Assembly: GCA_012840965.1 (NCBI GenBank)
Contig: DUVQ01000121.1
Coordinates: 14,907 to 78,906 of the forward strand
Length of the DNA: 64,000 nt
Direction of reading: 5' to 3'
Origin: Oligoflexales bacterium
Lineage (GTDB): Bacteria; Myxococcota_A; UBA9042; DTJE01
In this document: positions 9,151-17,826 of the stretch, one piece after another
Layout of the letters: every line of letters starts with the position of its first letter
Position numbering within the stretch: position 1 is the stretch's first letter
Program-made: the position numbers and the translations under genes
Notes under the pieces: model-generated
What the model saw: only the letters and a program-made list of their open reading frames with translations
What the model was told of the DNA's origin: nothing
Database searches by the model: none

Positions 9151-10029
9151 ATGCCCGATGCGTTTGACGGCGTGCCTTTATGGATTCTAAAAGCCACTGT
9201 ACTGGCTTTGGGGGCTACCTTTGGGTCTTTTGCGAACGTTGTGATTTACAGGTTGCCTCTAGGCAGATCGATTGTGTATCCCGGGTCGGCGTGTGCAAAA
9301 TGTGAAACGCCCATCAAGTGGTTCGACAACATTCCAGTCATCAGCTACATGCTGCTTTTGGGCAAGTGCAGGGTATGTAAGGACCCAATCTCGATAAGGT
9401 ATCCATTAATTGAGCTTTCAGGTGCTGTTCTATCGCTGGCCTGCCTTTTACTGGCCATAAATGTTGGGTTTGAAGTCGCTGATTTGGCAGGCTTGGCGGT
9501 CCTGTGGGCGTTTTTCTTCGCATTTTGCTTCCTGTTACTGGTCATCACCTTTATCGATCTTGAGCATTGGTGGATTCCACCCTCACTGGTTCTTCCGGGA
9601 ATAGCGATTGGGTTGCTGACCAATATTTTGCTTGGAGATTTGACTAGGGTAAGTTGGCTTGACGCATTGATTGGAATGGTCGCCGGAGCCTTGCCCATAT
9701 GGCTGATTCGAGTCTTGTATTTCAAGATTCGAGGCCATGAAGGTATGGGGCTTGGCGACGTTTTTCTGATGGCAATGGTCGGAGCGATGCTTGGCTATGT
9801 CGCCTTACCTTTTGTGCTACTTGCAGCATCGATTCAAGGCTTGATAGTTGCGATTCCCTTGTCGCTAAAAAAGAAGATATCGGACCCACCATGGGAACCT
9901 GAAGAAGGCCATGAACACCAGGAAACAATGGGCAAAACAGCTGTCCCATTTGGTCCTTTCATAGCGTTAGGTGCTCTTCAGTGGCTGTTCTTTGGCGATG
10001 CAATAGCCGCACTGCTGTTTCAGTTCTAA
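9151..10029 (+). CDS. pilD: Type IV prepilin leader peptidase / N-methyltransferase (A24 family, PilD)
   Basis: N-terminal Zn tetra-Cys motif (CAKC...CRVC). The family's conserved residues are present (FIDLEHWWIP, GLGDVFLMAMVGAMLG). Membrane protein of 292 aa. Confidence 0.8.
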   Translation: MPDAFDGVPLWILKATVLALGATFGSFANVVIYRLPLGRSIVYPGSACAKCETPIKWFDNIPVISYMLLLGKCRVCKDPISIRYPLIELSGAVLSLACLLLAINVGFEVADLAGLAVLWAFFFAFCFLLLVITFIDLEHWWIPPSLVLPGIAIGLLTNILLGDLTRVSWLDALIGMVAGALPIWLIRVLYFKIRGHEGMGLGDVFLMAMVGAMLGYVALPFVLLAASIQGLIVAIPLSLKKKISDPPWEPEEGHEHQETMGKTAVPFGPFIALGALQWLFFGDAIAALLFQF

Positions 10030-10056
10030 AAGTCTCTGAGACTAATCGGACAATTT

Positions 10057-10109
10057 GGGGGAAGGGGAAGGGGCAGGGACAGGGGAAGGGGCAGGGACGG
10101 GGACGGGAA
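10057..10109. repeat. G-rich hexamer tract (GGGGAA/GGGGCA/GGGACA)n, G-quadruplex-capable, intergenic
   Basis: Direct reading: gggggaaggggaaggggcagggacaggggaaggggcagggacggggacggg. Confidence 0.8.
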
Positions 10110-10116
10110 GACGTTT

Positions 10117-10182
10117 GTGCTGATCTGCAGGATTTGGAGCTAAAAGAAGGTCGAGAGGGCACCCAGCAACATGGTCCGGGGG
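10117..10182. repeat. Copy A of a ~65 nt conserved intergenic element (GTGCTGATCTGCAGGATTTGGAGCTAAAAGAAGGTCGAGAGGGCACCCAGCAACATGGTCCGGGG)
   Basis: About 95% identical to 18419-18484. Both copies directly abut G-rich hexamer tracts. Confidence 0.75.
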
Positions 10183-10477
10183 CAATCCTGGAGGGCGCTA
10201 TCGGGAGTTGCCGGGACCCGACGTCTTTTGGTTGACATGAAGGCCGCGAAGCGGCCCGTCCGGGCCAAAAGGATAAACGTGCACGTTAGCAATCGTATAT
10301 TTCGCCCGGACGATGTCACCAAGAGACAGTCGGGATGGCTACGGGAGATTTTGGGTCCGGAAGGATGCCCCCGGACATGTTTTAAAACTCTAACGAAGAG
10401 ATAAAACGCCAAAAAGAACAAACAATCAGGAGTCATAACAAGCTAGTTAGCAGGATCTGCAACAGGGTCAGTATCAG

Positions 10478-10502
10478 AGGCGGGGACAGGGGATGTGGGG
10501 GG
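10478..10502. repeat. G-rich tract (GGCGGGGACAGGGGATGTGGGGGG), intergenic
   Basis: Direct reading. Lies just downstream of the minus-strand HEAT gene stop. Confidence 0.6.
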
Positions 10503-10508
10503 ATTGCG

Positions 10509-12125
10509 TTAGCGGCGCTGGAGTGCGAAGAGTAGGGGTTCGAGTTCGTCGACCCAGAAGCTGCCGCCCTTTGCTTCCTTGTCAGCCTGGATCAAGCGCT
10601 CGACGTCCTTGACGGTAGATTTGTCACCGAGACGCCAAATCCCAATGATCAGGAAGCGTCGCAGGTCGGTCTCTTTTGGGTTCACAGTTGGATAGAAGGT
10701 CAACAGCGCTTCCAGCGCCTTCCTACTGTGATCACCCTTCACGTTACTAAGCAAAATGGCCGCCTTCTGGGAAGCAACGATATCTTCACCCTTAAGCACG
10801 CCAATCAGGCAATCAACGTCGTTCTTAGCGCACTTTTGAAGTACCGAGATCATTGACTGGAACTCGCCAGACTCTTCACCAGTGGTTCGCGCTACAACCA
10901 GCTCACTCTTGTCAGCCTTCAGCATCTTTTCCAGGGCAGGCAGTTCATCCCATGAAATCCCCATAGCGACCGGTTTCAGCAATGGGGCGCGGAAGGTCTG
11001 CAGCTTGGAGGTTTTGTAGATATCCAAAAGGGCAGGCATTCCAGCATAACCTGGGAGCATACCCAGAGCAGTAGCCGTATCGAGGCGAAGCTTAGCGTCA
11101 TTATCTGGGTTAACGATGATCTCTTTAAGCTGAGGGATAATCTCAGGAGAACCAACGTTCCACAGCGCCAGCATGGCCATCGTGATGCGGTTTTGCTGAG
11201 TAATCTGCCAGGAACGAGTGACACGGTCATCAACACCAACAGGTGGGTTCAAAGGCTTTGCAAGGCTCTTTGCGATGGCCGGCGCAGCTGAAATCTCACG
11301 AAGATCACCCAAAACCTGATAAATCTCGGGGCCATCTTGCCATTCCCATTCATTCATCCCAAGGCGACTAGCCGTATTCGCCAGTTCCTCGATCATTGGA
11401 CCGTATTTGGAACGGTCATTAGCCTGCACCGCAACCAAAGGCTCCACAACCTTCGGCCCGATCCTCGCAAGAGCCTTCCTGGCGGCGGTGTACATCTTTT
11501 CACCACGCTGGGTCTTTATAAACATCCCCATGATCAGGTGAGGGATTGCCTCTTCAGAACCAATCTCTCCAAGAAGTCTGGCAGCAGCAGCATTGACCTG
11601 GATACCCTGCAGGTTCGGGTCATTACGCAGTAACTGAATAAACAGTTTTTCGTGCTGCTTCAGGTTATCCTTATCAATCTTGGCCAGAGCATTGATTGCA
11701 TTATGTCTGGCCTTCGGTGCATCACTGGTTGTCAACACCTCGATCAGCGGTTTGCGCAGCTCAGGGATTGCAAAATCCTCTGCGACGGCTGCAGCCTGAG
11801 GCGCAGAATCCGGATCCCGCAGTGCAGCGGTCAGCAGTTCCACTGAGGCAAGAGGCTCATTGATGTTCTTTACAGCGGCAAGGATGTCATCCTTGAACTG
11901 GCTGGTTGGGAAAAGCTCTAATAGAATCGGTAAGCTGTCAACACAGTGCAGCTCACCGGATTCTTTAATCGCCTTTTTGCCATTGACGGGGCTACGCAGC
12001 AATTTAGCCCAGCCATTACACGTGGTCGGAGTGCCTTTGACGCATGCAGTTTCAAGCGTAAGGGCAAACGCCACTGTCACGGTTAACAGAACGACTAGCG
12101 GTTTTCTATCCACGGTGTCCTCCAC
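10509..12125 (-). CDS. HEAT/PBS-lyase-like repeat protein, secreted
   Basis: 538 aa. Repeated helical A-rich units (AAARLLGEIGSEEAIPHLI...). N-terminal hydrophobic signal. Confidence 0.55.
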   Translation of the reverse strand: MEDTVDRKPLVVLLTVTVAFALTLETACVKGTPTTCNGWAKLLRSPVNGKKAIKESGELHCVDSLPILLELFPTSQFKDDILAAVKNINEPLASVELLTAALRDPDSAPQAAAVAEDFAIPELRKPLIEVLTTSDAPKARHNAINALAKIDKDNLKQHEKLFIQLLRNDPNLQGIQVNAAAARLLGEIGSEEAIPHLIMGMFIKTQRGEKMYTAARKALARIGPKVVEPLVAVQANDRSKYGPMIEELANTASRLGMNEWEWQDGPEIYQVLGDLREISAAPAIAKSLAKPLNPPVGVDDRVTRSWQITQQNRITMAMLALWNVGSPEIIPQLKEIIVNPDNDAKLRLDTATALGMLPGYAGMPALLDIYKTSKLQTFRAPLLKPVAMGISWDELPALEKMLKADKSELVVARTTGEESGEFQSMISVLQKCAKNDVDCLIGVLKGEDIVASQKAAILLSNVKGDHSRKALEALLTFYPTVNPKETDLRRFLIIGIWRLGDKSTVKDVERLIQADKEAKGGSFWVDELEPLLFALQRR

Positions 12126-12236
12126 AAGTGATTTGTTGTCACTGAAAGTACCTTATGGAGTATAGTTTGACCGTTGCCACAAGGTCAAGAGGGTTGGCCA
12201 CGTCTATTGACCTTTATTTTTGCGTTGAGGGGGAGA

Positions 12237-12788
12237 ATGAGCCCAAAAAACATGTGGAGAAAGGCCGTTCCGGGCATTTTATTCCTGTCGCTGCTTTCTT
12301 GTGGCGGCGGTCAGACTGCTGGACTGGATGTCGACAGCCTTCTGTTTGGTCTTGAAAAATGCCAGGAAAATTCGGATTGCCAGACAAATATGTGCTCTAT
12401 GGGAATGTGTTTGGGGTTTTTAACCGTAAGTTCCGACCTGCAGCGTGCCGAAATAGGGGCCGTTTTTGGTAAAGCGGCGCCAAGAGCACGAGAGCGCTTG
12501 ATTGACGCTTTGGCTGTGGTGCTTGAAGACGGGGATACATCAAGTGTAATCAGGGCCAGAGCCGCGGATGGGTTGGGTTATTTAGGTGGTGACAGGGTAG
12601 AACAGATGTTGCAGCCAGCCTTGGCTGAACACTCGGAAATTATAAGATTTTTTGCAGCGCGTTCCCTGCATGCCTTGGGTAATTCAGTTGGTACCGAGAC
12701 TCTGCTGACCTTCAAAGACCATGAATCTGAGGCCGTAAGGATAATGACCGAGTTAGCACTGGCTGATCACGGCGAAAACAGGAAGTAA
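12237..12788 (+). CDS. HEAT-repeat lipoprotein
   Basis: Lipobox LLSCGGG after the internal ATG with a GGGGGAG RBS. HEAT-like units (ADGLGYLGGDRVEQMLQPAL, RFFAARSLHALGN). The ORF track start at 12174 is probably too early. Confidence 0.5.
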   Translation: MSPKNMWRKAVPGILFLSLLSCGGGQTAGLDVDSLLFGLEKCQENSDCQTNMCSMGMCLGFLTVSSDLQRAEIGAVFGKAAPRARERLIDALAVVLEDGDTSSVIRARAADGLGYLGGDRVEQMLQPALAEHSEIIRFFAARSLHALGNSVGTETLLTFKDHESEAVRIMTELALADHGENRK

Positions 12789-15685
12789 AACGTGTCTTTA
12801 CCCTTGTCTGCGAATCCGTGCGCGTAGCCTATTTTTAAAGTTGCATCTCTGGCCAAGAACAGATTTATTCCCAAAGATAGTTCAGCCCCAATTCCCCAGT
12901 TAAATCCGCTTGAGCTGTCATTTGTCCAGGTCCTACCCAGATCCGCGAAGACGGCTCCATGGAGGTAGCGTGCAGACAGTGGAATTGTGCCCAAGCTGCG
13001 AAAGATTGGAAAAATTGGGAAGCGATACTCAAGATTGCCAAGAAAGTAAGAGTTTCCCACGAAGGCGTTGTGACCGTAGCCACGTAAGTAACGCCCAGAT
13101 AGTGGCTGATTGTTAATAATTGCCATCACCATGTCTTGTACTGGAAAACCGCCTTGTCCGTAGACTTCTATCGTTCCTATGTCCCCAATAGAAGTCGCTC
13201 CAGATGTAAGCAGGGCCAGCACATGACCATGTCCCCAGGGCATTGGTACATATCCGTCAAGGGTGCCAGTGATTGTTAAGGATTTTCCATCACTTCCAAG
13301 CCATTTGTGGCGCCCTCCAACAGATATGCCACCAGAGAGGCCGCGCTCGGTTGATACAGATTTCGCCCAGGAACGCAGCCAAGAAAAAGACGCAGAAGCG
13401 GTAAGGCCAGCCAGTCTGCGGCTTTCTGGACGAGAAGGTGTGGTAGATGCCGGTTCGTGGGCTTTAGGTATTTCGCCAATCATTTTCCAGCGTATGGAGT
13501 AGCCCAAAGAAACCCTGAATGAAACCACCCGACCAGGAATTGGTAAGGAAGCTCCGGCGTTTATCATCCAGTTCCTGGCGTCCACTTCCTTGATTTGATC
13601 ATCAATTATGGCGCGGTCTGTTCCATTCCAGGTCACAACATCAAGGGATAAATTAGGAAAAAGGCCAAAGTACTTGTACTGTAAAGCCCCGTAGGGTGTA
13701 ATCCTCGTCAAATCAGCATCAAAAGCGGCCAAAAAATAGTGACGGTCTAAAACATCAGAACCAGTAAATTCAAAGCCAAGCCTGTTATTACCCCCGCTTG
13801 AAAAAGCCCACCTTGGTATTATGGAGCGCGGCTTTAACGATGTCGCTCGATAAGGAGTGGCGTCGCCATCGAAGTCAGTTTCCATTGGGAAAGGTGGTGG
13901 AGTTTGGGCTGATTCTAAAGGGCTGTCCGCATGGGGAGCCTTGGTGTCATCTATGGCGATCCAATTCTGTGGCTCCAAGGGTAACATCGCCAAATCATAG
14001 CCTTTTGGGCCATATGCACTGTAAACAATCGAAGTGCCAGCTGGAGAAACGGCCGGCCAAAAGGCGCCTCCAGGTTCCCTTGTAATTCTAAATAGTTGTC
14101 CCGTTGCTAATTCAAGCGCGAAAAGGTCAAAAACACCTTCATGGTCGGAAGAGAAAACTATGAACCTTCCATCAGGCGTGGGCACTGGGTCGCGATCAAG
14201 AAATTTATCGTTTGTTAACTGTTGCAATTGGCCAGTTTCAAGGTTTACTGACCATAAGTCCCATTGGCCGTCTTTTGCACCTGTAAAAACGAGATGCTCT
14301 GATCCTGGCAAAACAACTGGGTCACCCAAATCGCTGAATAATCCAGGTTGGATGATGACTTTCTCACTTTCTGAAGGTTTGTCTTCGCCCACCGCAAATG
14401 AGACTAGCGATGCTTGATCATAGTCTGCCCGAACGTATGCAATGGTCGTGGCATTAAACTTGTCATCAAAGACGGCCAAATCCCTGGCCCTGCTTCTGGA
14501 GGTCAGCTTTTTGAGACCATCTTTTAATTCAAAGATCTCGCCATATTGATAAACCAGACGATTCCAACTGGTTGATGTTGAAAAGATGCGACCACGGTAT
14601 GCAGCAACTGAATGACATCCCCCATCGCAGTCGACCAAGCGCTGTGGCTTTTTATTAGGCCTTTCAATGTCGAGCTGGAACAAACCAGACATGGAACGCC
14701 CGTCGGATTTTACCCACACTACATGTCTTGGGTCCTTGAACACGGCTCGCCCATTGAATTCGCCGCCTTTAGTAAGTCTTTCACCTTGGATTAGACCCAG
14801 TTGCGTTAATTCGGCCAAGTGCTTTTCACTGTCTGCGATAACCTGCGCGTGAAATTCACTCCACAACGAGTAAAAAGTGGTTCCAAAGTGACGTTTTGCC
14901 ACTGTGTTCAGCAAAAACGGTATCACGTTCGCGCCGTAGTTTTTAATGAATTTGGTAATCGTCTCTAGCCCAAACTTTTGTGCCAAAAATTCAAAGAAGA
15001 AGCCTCCAAACAGGTATGGGGAAGTGCCTCTTGGCCAGATGATGGGAGTTACTGTAAGTTGTGATAATTGTGGAAAGGTCCCACCCAAGGCTGCCTGGCG
15101 AAGCATCATTTTGTACTGGCTGGAGCCAAGTCTGCCTCCATCTGGAAGTTGGGACTCCATAAATACTGCCAAGCCTTCGATGAACCATTTCTGGATTGCC
15201 CCGTTTGGCAGAAATGTTTTTCCGATGACCTTGTTGACAAATCCTGGGATCTTGGACACTTCGTCCATGTGCACGATGTGGGTGTATTCGTGGACAACTA
15301 GTGATGAAAGATAATCTGAAAAAACGCCCAACTCTGAGTCTGGCCCGGGTGGCGCAGCAAAAAGTCGAATCTTGTCGTATGGATGAACTGAGGCCCAACC
15401 ATTAGCCGAATCAACATCATCCCAAAGTGATATTTCGACGAGCTGACTTGGGTACAGTCCCAAGAGTTCGCCAACCCACTGGTGCGAGGAATTGGCAATG
15501 CTCATCACCCTGCGAGCCATAAGTTCGCCACCTTGATAAAAGTGAACTTTAAAGTGCTCTGAACTCAGGGTTTTCCAACGTATATTTGGGTCAGTGCCGG
15601 CAAAAGCTTTGGCTGGTGCCAGCAAGAGGATTACCGCCAATATGGCAAGTAAGGCAAAACTGCGTGGTGATGCGATGTTGCTCAC
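12767..15685 (-). CDS. Large secreted protein with an HExxH motif, TolB-like beta-propeller repeats and a C-terminal beta-rich domain
   Basis: 972 aa. Signal peptide. HEYTHIVHMDE. Repeats of the form DG-x-IVFSSD...DLF. C-terminus ends in aromatic-rich beta strands. Confidence 0.45.
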   Translation of the reverse strand: MSNIASPRSFALLAILAVILLLAPAKAFAGTDPNIRWKTLSSEHFKVHFYQGGELMARRVMSIANSSHQWVGELLGLYPSQLVEISLWDDVDSANGWASVHPYDKIRLFAAPPGPDSELGVFSDYLSSLVVHEYTHIVHMDEVSKIPGFVNKVIGKTFLPNGAIQKWFIEGLAVFMESQLPDGGRLGSSQYKMMLRQAALGGTFPQLSQLTVTPIIWPRGTSPYLFGGFFFEFLAQKFGLETITKFIKNYGANVIPFLLNTVAKRHFGTTFYSLWSEFHAQVIADSEKHLAELTQLGLIQGERLTKGGEFNGRAVFKDPRHVVWVKSDGRSMSGLFQLDIERPNKKPQRLVDCDGGCHSVAAYRGRIFSTSTSWNRLVYQYGEIFELKDGLKKLTSRSRARDLAVFDDKFNATTIAYVRADYDQASLVSFAVGEDKPSESEKVIIQPGLFSDLGDPVVLPGSEHLVFTGAKDGQWDLWSVNLETGQLQQLTNDKFLDRDPVPTPDGRFIVFSSDHEGVFDLFALELATGQLFRITREPGGAFWPAVSPAGTSIVYSAYGPKGYDLAMLPLEPQNWIAIDDTKAPHADSPLESAQTPPPFPMETDFDGDATPYRATSLKPRSIIPRWAFSSGGNNRLGFEFTGSDVLDRHYFLAAFDADLTRITPYGALQYKYFGLFPNLSLDVVTWNGTDRAIIDDQIKEVDARNWMINAGASLPIPGRVVSFRVSLGYSIRWKMIGEIPKAHEPASTTPSRPESRRLAGLTASASFSWLRSWAKSVSTERGLSGGISVGGRHKWLGSDGKSLTITGTLDGYVPMPWGHGHVLALLTSGATSIGDIGTIEVYGQGGFPVQDMVMAIINNQPLSGRYLRGYGHNAFVGNSYFLGNLEYRFPIFPIFRSLGTIPLSARYLHGAVFADLGRTWTNDSSSGFNWGIGAELSLGINLFLARDATLKIGYAHGFADKGKDTFYFLFSP

Positions 15686-15753
15686 GCGATAAAGATATCA
15701 CATGGCTCGTGGATCAACGTGCTCAAATTGAGCATTGCCAGGAATAACGTGGC

Positions 15754-16152
15754 TTATTCCTGTGCGGCCTCAGGTGCGGCTTCCTTTGCAGGTTCGGCAG
15801 CAGGTTCGGCAGCAGGTTCGGCAGCAGGCTCTGCGGCAGGCTCTGCAGCTGGTTCGGCAGCAGGCTCAGCGGCTGGTTCGGCAGCTGGTTGTTCCTCGGC
15901 TTTAGGGGCCTCTGCTGGCGGCTGAACCCCTGGTTCCTCGACCACAACGTTGGACAGTTCTATGAACTTGTCTAAATTAGCCAAGTAGTTAGCGCATTCG
16001 TCTCTGGCAGTCAGTTGCCCTGCTTTTTCACAGGCCAGACTTGCTGCATCCTTATCACATACCGCTTTCTTAAGCTCGTTACATTCGTTTTTGCCACACC
16101 CAGTCGCAAAACCTATTGCAACAACACCAGCCAGGATCAATAACCTTTTCAT
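15754..16152 (-). CDS. Small lipoprotein with a C-terminal (AAEP)n low-complexity tail
   Basis: MKRLLILAGVVAIGFATGC lipobox. GGAG RBS 9 nt upstream of the internal ATG. Tail is PAAEPAAEPAAEP... Confidence 0.55.
   Translation of the reverse strand: MKRLLILAGVVAIGFATGCGKNECNELKKAVCDKDAASLACEKAGQLTARDECANYLANLDKFIELSNVVVEEPGVQPPAEAPKAEEQPAAEPAAEPAAEPAAEPAAEPAAEPAAEPAAEPAKEAAPEAAQE
15788..15895. repeat. 12 bp tandem repeat (GCAGGTTCGGCA and variants, about 9 units) inside the lipoprotein gene
   Basis: Direct reading. Encodes the (AAEP)n tail on the minus strand. Confidence 0.8.
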
Positions 16153-16393
16153 CACGATGTACTCCAAAGAAGACGTTCCATCGTATCACAACCGCCCGAA
16201 CTTAAAAGTCCCTTATCTCTGTAGTTTCAAGCGAAAAATACCCCATTTGAGGTTCTTTGTAAGGTTTTTTTCGGGCCCTCGCTTCCATACCAAGTGACCA
16301 CCAAGTAAAACAAAAGTAGACATGAGGACGTATTTGTTCGTTCTATTTAGGGCTATCCACGTCATCTGATGGCGTGCTAGTATCGCGTAAGTT

Positions 16394-17800
16394 TTGGCGG
16401 AGCCTAAGGTGGATCTGGTTGAACTGATCAAGGCTGCAGGTGTTGTTGGTGCTGGTGGGGCTGGATTTCCTACCCATGTCAAGGCCGCTGCAAGGGCGGA
16501 AATATTGATTGCCAACGGTGCTGAGTGCGAGCCTTTACTTGTTACTGACCAATGGACTGTGATTAGTCACGCCAAGTTGATTGCTGAAGGCATGAGAGCC
16601 CTTGGTAATAGGGTGGGTGCGAAACGCCTGATTTTTGGCGTGAAATCCCATTATACCGACGTGATACAGGCGATGACTCCCTTTTTGGATGGGGAATATC
16701 CCATCGAAATAGGTCTGATCGGGGATTTTTATCCTGCCGGTGACGAGCAGGTTTTGGTACACGAACTGACTGGGCGCGTGGTGCCCGAGGGTGGAATTCC
16801 TTTGGATGTGGGGGTGGTAGTTAGCAATGTGGCAACCCTTGCGAACATCAGGCGTTCCATTGACGGCCAGCCTGTTATTCGCAAGGAAGTGACTGTAACA
16901 GGGCTGGTCCGTAACCCAGGTGTCTATGAAGTCCCAATTGGTATTTCAACTGCGGAAGTCGTGGCAGCCGCGGGAGGGGTAACTGACGAAAACGTCGCAA
17001 TCATCGAAGGTGGCCCCATGATGGGCATGCTGATTGAAGACTGGTCCAAACCTGTAACAAAAACCACTGGCGCTTTTTTGGTGTTGCCTGCTGACAACGA
17101 GGTGGTGATTACCAGACGGCGTCCTCATGCTGCTACTTTTCGCCAGGCCCTTGCTGTCTGCTGTCAGTGCCGCATGTGTACTGACCAGTGTTCAAGGTTC
17201 TTGCTTGGGCATCGTATCGCGCCTCACCTTGCGATGAGGGCCTTGCTAGCTGGTGGGGCTTATGATTTGGATGGGGTTGATGCTGAGGGCAGGCGTTTTG
17301 GTCAGCCCAGCGGAGACGACATCCCATTTGAAGTCAGGGCGATGGGCTACTTGTGTTCCCAGTGTGGAATCTGTGAGGTCTGGTCTTGTCCCCTTGGTTT
17401 ATCTCCAAGGTACGTTTTTGGGGACTATAAAGCTGGGATGATTGCAAGAAAACAGCCAAATCCCTTGAAAAATCGACCAGAAACCGCGCTAGAACAGCAA
17501 GCTTGGCTCAGGCTGCCCAAGCCAAGACTCGTAGAGAGGCTTGGACTGAAAGACTATCTATTGCCATACAAGGGCACTACCGTTCCAGTTGCAGATCCTT
17601 GGGAAGTTAACATCAGGCTAAAACAGCATGTCGGAGCCCCAGCCATTCCCATTGTAAAAGTGGGCCAAGCAGTTTCAGCAGGTCAATGCATTGCTGAGAT
17701 TCCGACGGGAGCGCTTGGGGCCAGAGTTCATGCATCCATGACAGGAACGGTTGCAGCGATAACTGACCAGCACATAAAGATTGTTAGGCAAGGTGTCTGA
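16394..17800 (+). CDS. pduS: PduS-like BMC-associated flavo-FeS oxidoreductase (RnfC/NqrA-type NADH-binding domain plus two ferredoxin-type 4Fe-4S motifs; cobalamin-reductase family)
   Basis: Gly-rich nucleotide motif GVVGAGGAGFP. Motifs CCQCRMCTDQC and CSQCGICEVWSCP. Lies immediately upstream of the PduT-like gene. The true start may be the GTG at 16409 (GGAG RBS). Confidence 0.7.
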   Translation: MAEPKVDLVELIKAAGVVGAGGAGFPTHVKAAARAEILIANGAECEPLLVTDQWTVISHAKLIAEGMRALGNRVGAKRLIFGVKSHYTDVIQAMTPFLDGEYPIEIGLIGDFYPAGDEQVLVHELTGRVVPEGGIPLDVGVVVSNVATLANIRRSIDGQPVIRKEVTVTGLVRNPGVYEVPIGISTAEVVAAAGGVTDENVAIIEGGPMMGMLIEDWSKPVTKTTGAFLVLPADNEVVITRRRPHAATFRQALAVCCQCRMCTDQCSRFLLGHRIAPHLAMRALLAGGAYDLDGVDAEGRRFGQPSGDDIPFEVRAMGYLCSQCGICEVWSCPLGLSPRYVFGDYKAGMIARKQPNPLKNRPETALEQQAWLRLPKPRLVERLGLKDYLLPYKGTTVPVADPWEVNIRLKQHVGAPAIPIVKVGQAVSAGQCIAEIPTGALGARVHASMTGTVAAITDQHIKIVRQGV

Positions 17801-17826
17801 TCATTTAATTAAGAGAGGTCCTACAT

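Noticed and set aside
10057-10109. Possible CRISPR array, given short direct repeats
   Set aside because: The units are 6 nt with no unique spacers. There is no 24-48 nt repeat/spacer periodicity.
10117-10140. Similarity of GTGCTGATCTGCAGGATTTGGAGC to the tmRNA 5' end (GGGGCUGAUUCUGGAUUCGACG)
   Set aside because: The element is present twice. There is no tRNA-like 3' end (GGTTCGAATCC...CCA) at the right distance.
10330-10370. GGTCCGGAAGGA resembling the SRP (4.5S) RNA domain IV motif
   Set aside because: Flanking sequence does not continue the conserved AGCAGCCAAGG pattern or helix. Probably chance.
9981-10404. Small ORFs (84 aa, 77 aa, 67 aa) across the G-rich tracts and conserved element
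   Set aside because: Gly/Lys or Pro/Cys homopolymer-like translations caused by hexamer repeats. No RBS. Better explained as non-coding repeats.
15730-15753. 9 bp perfect palindrome (CAGGAATAA-CGTGGC-TTATTCCTG) as a terminator
   Set aside because: No T-run on either strand. It overlaps the stop codon of the lipoprotein gene. Could be a protein-binding site but is not convincing as a terminator.
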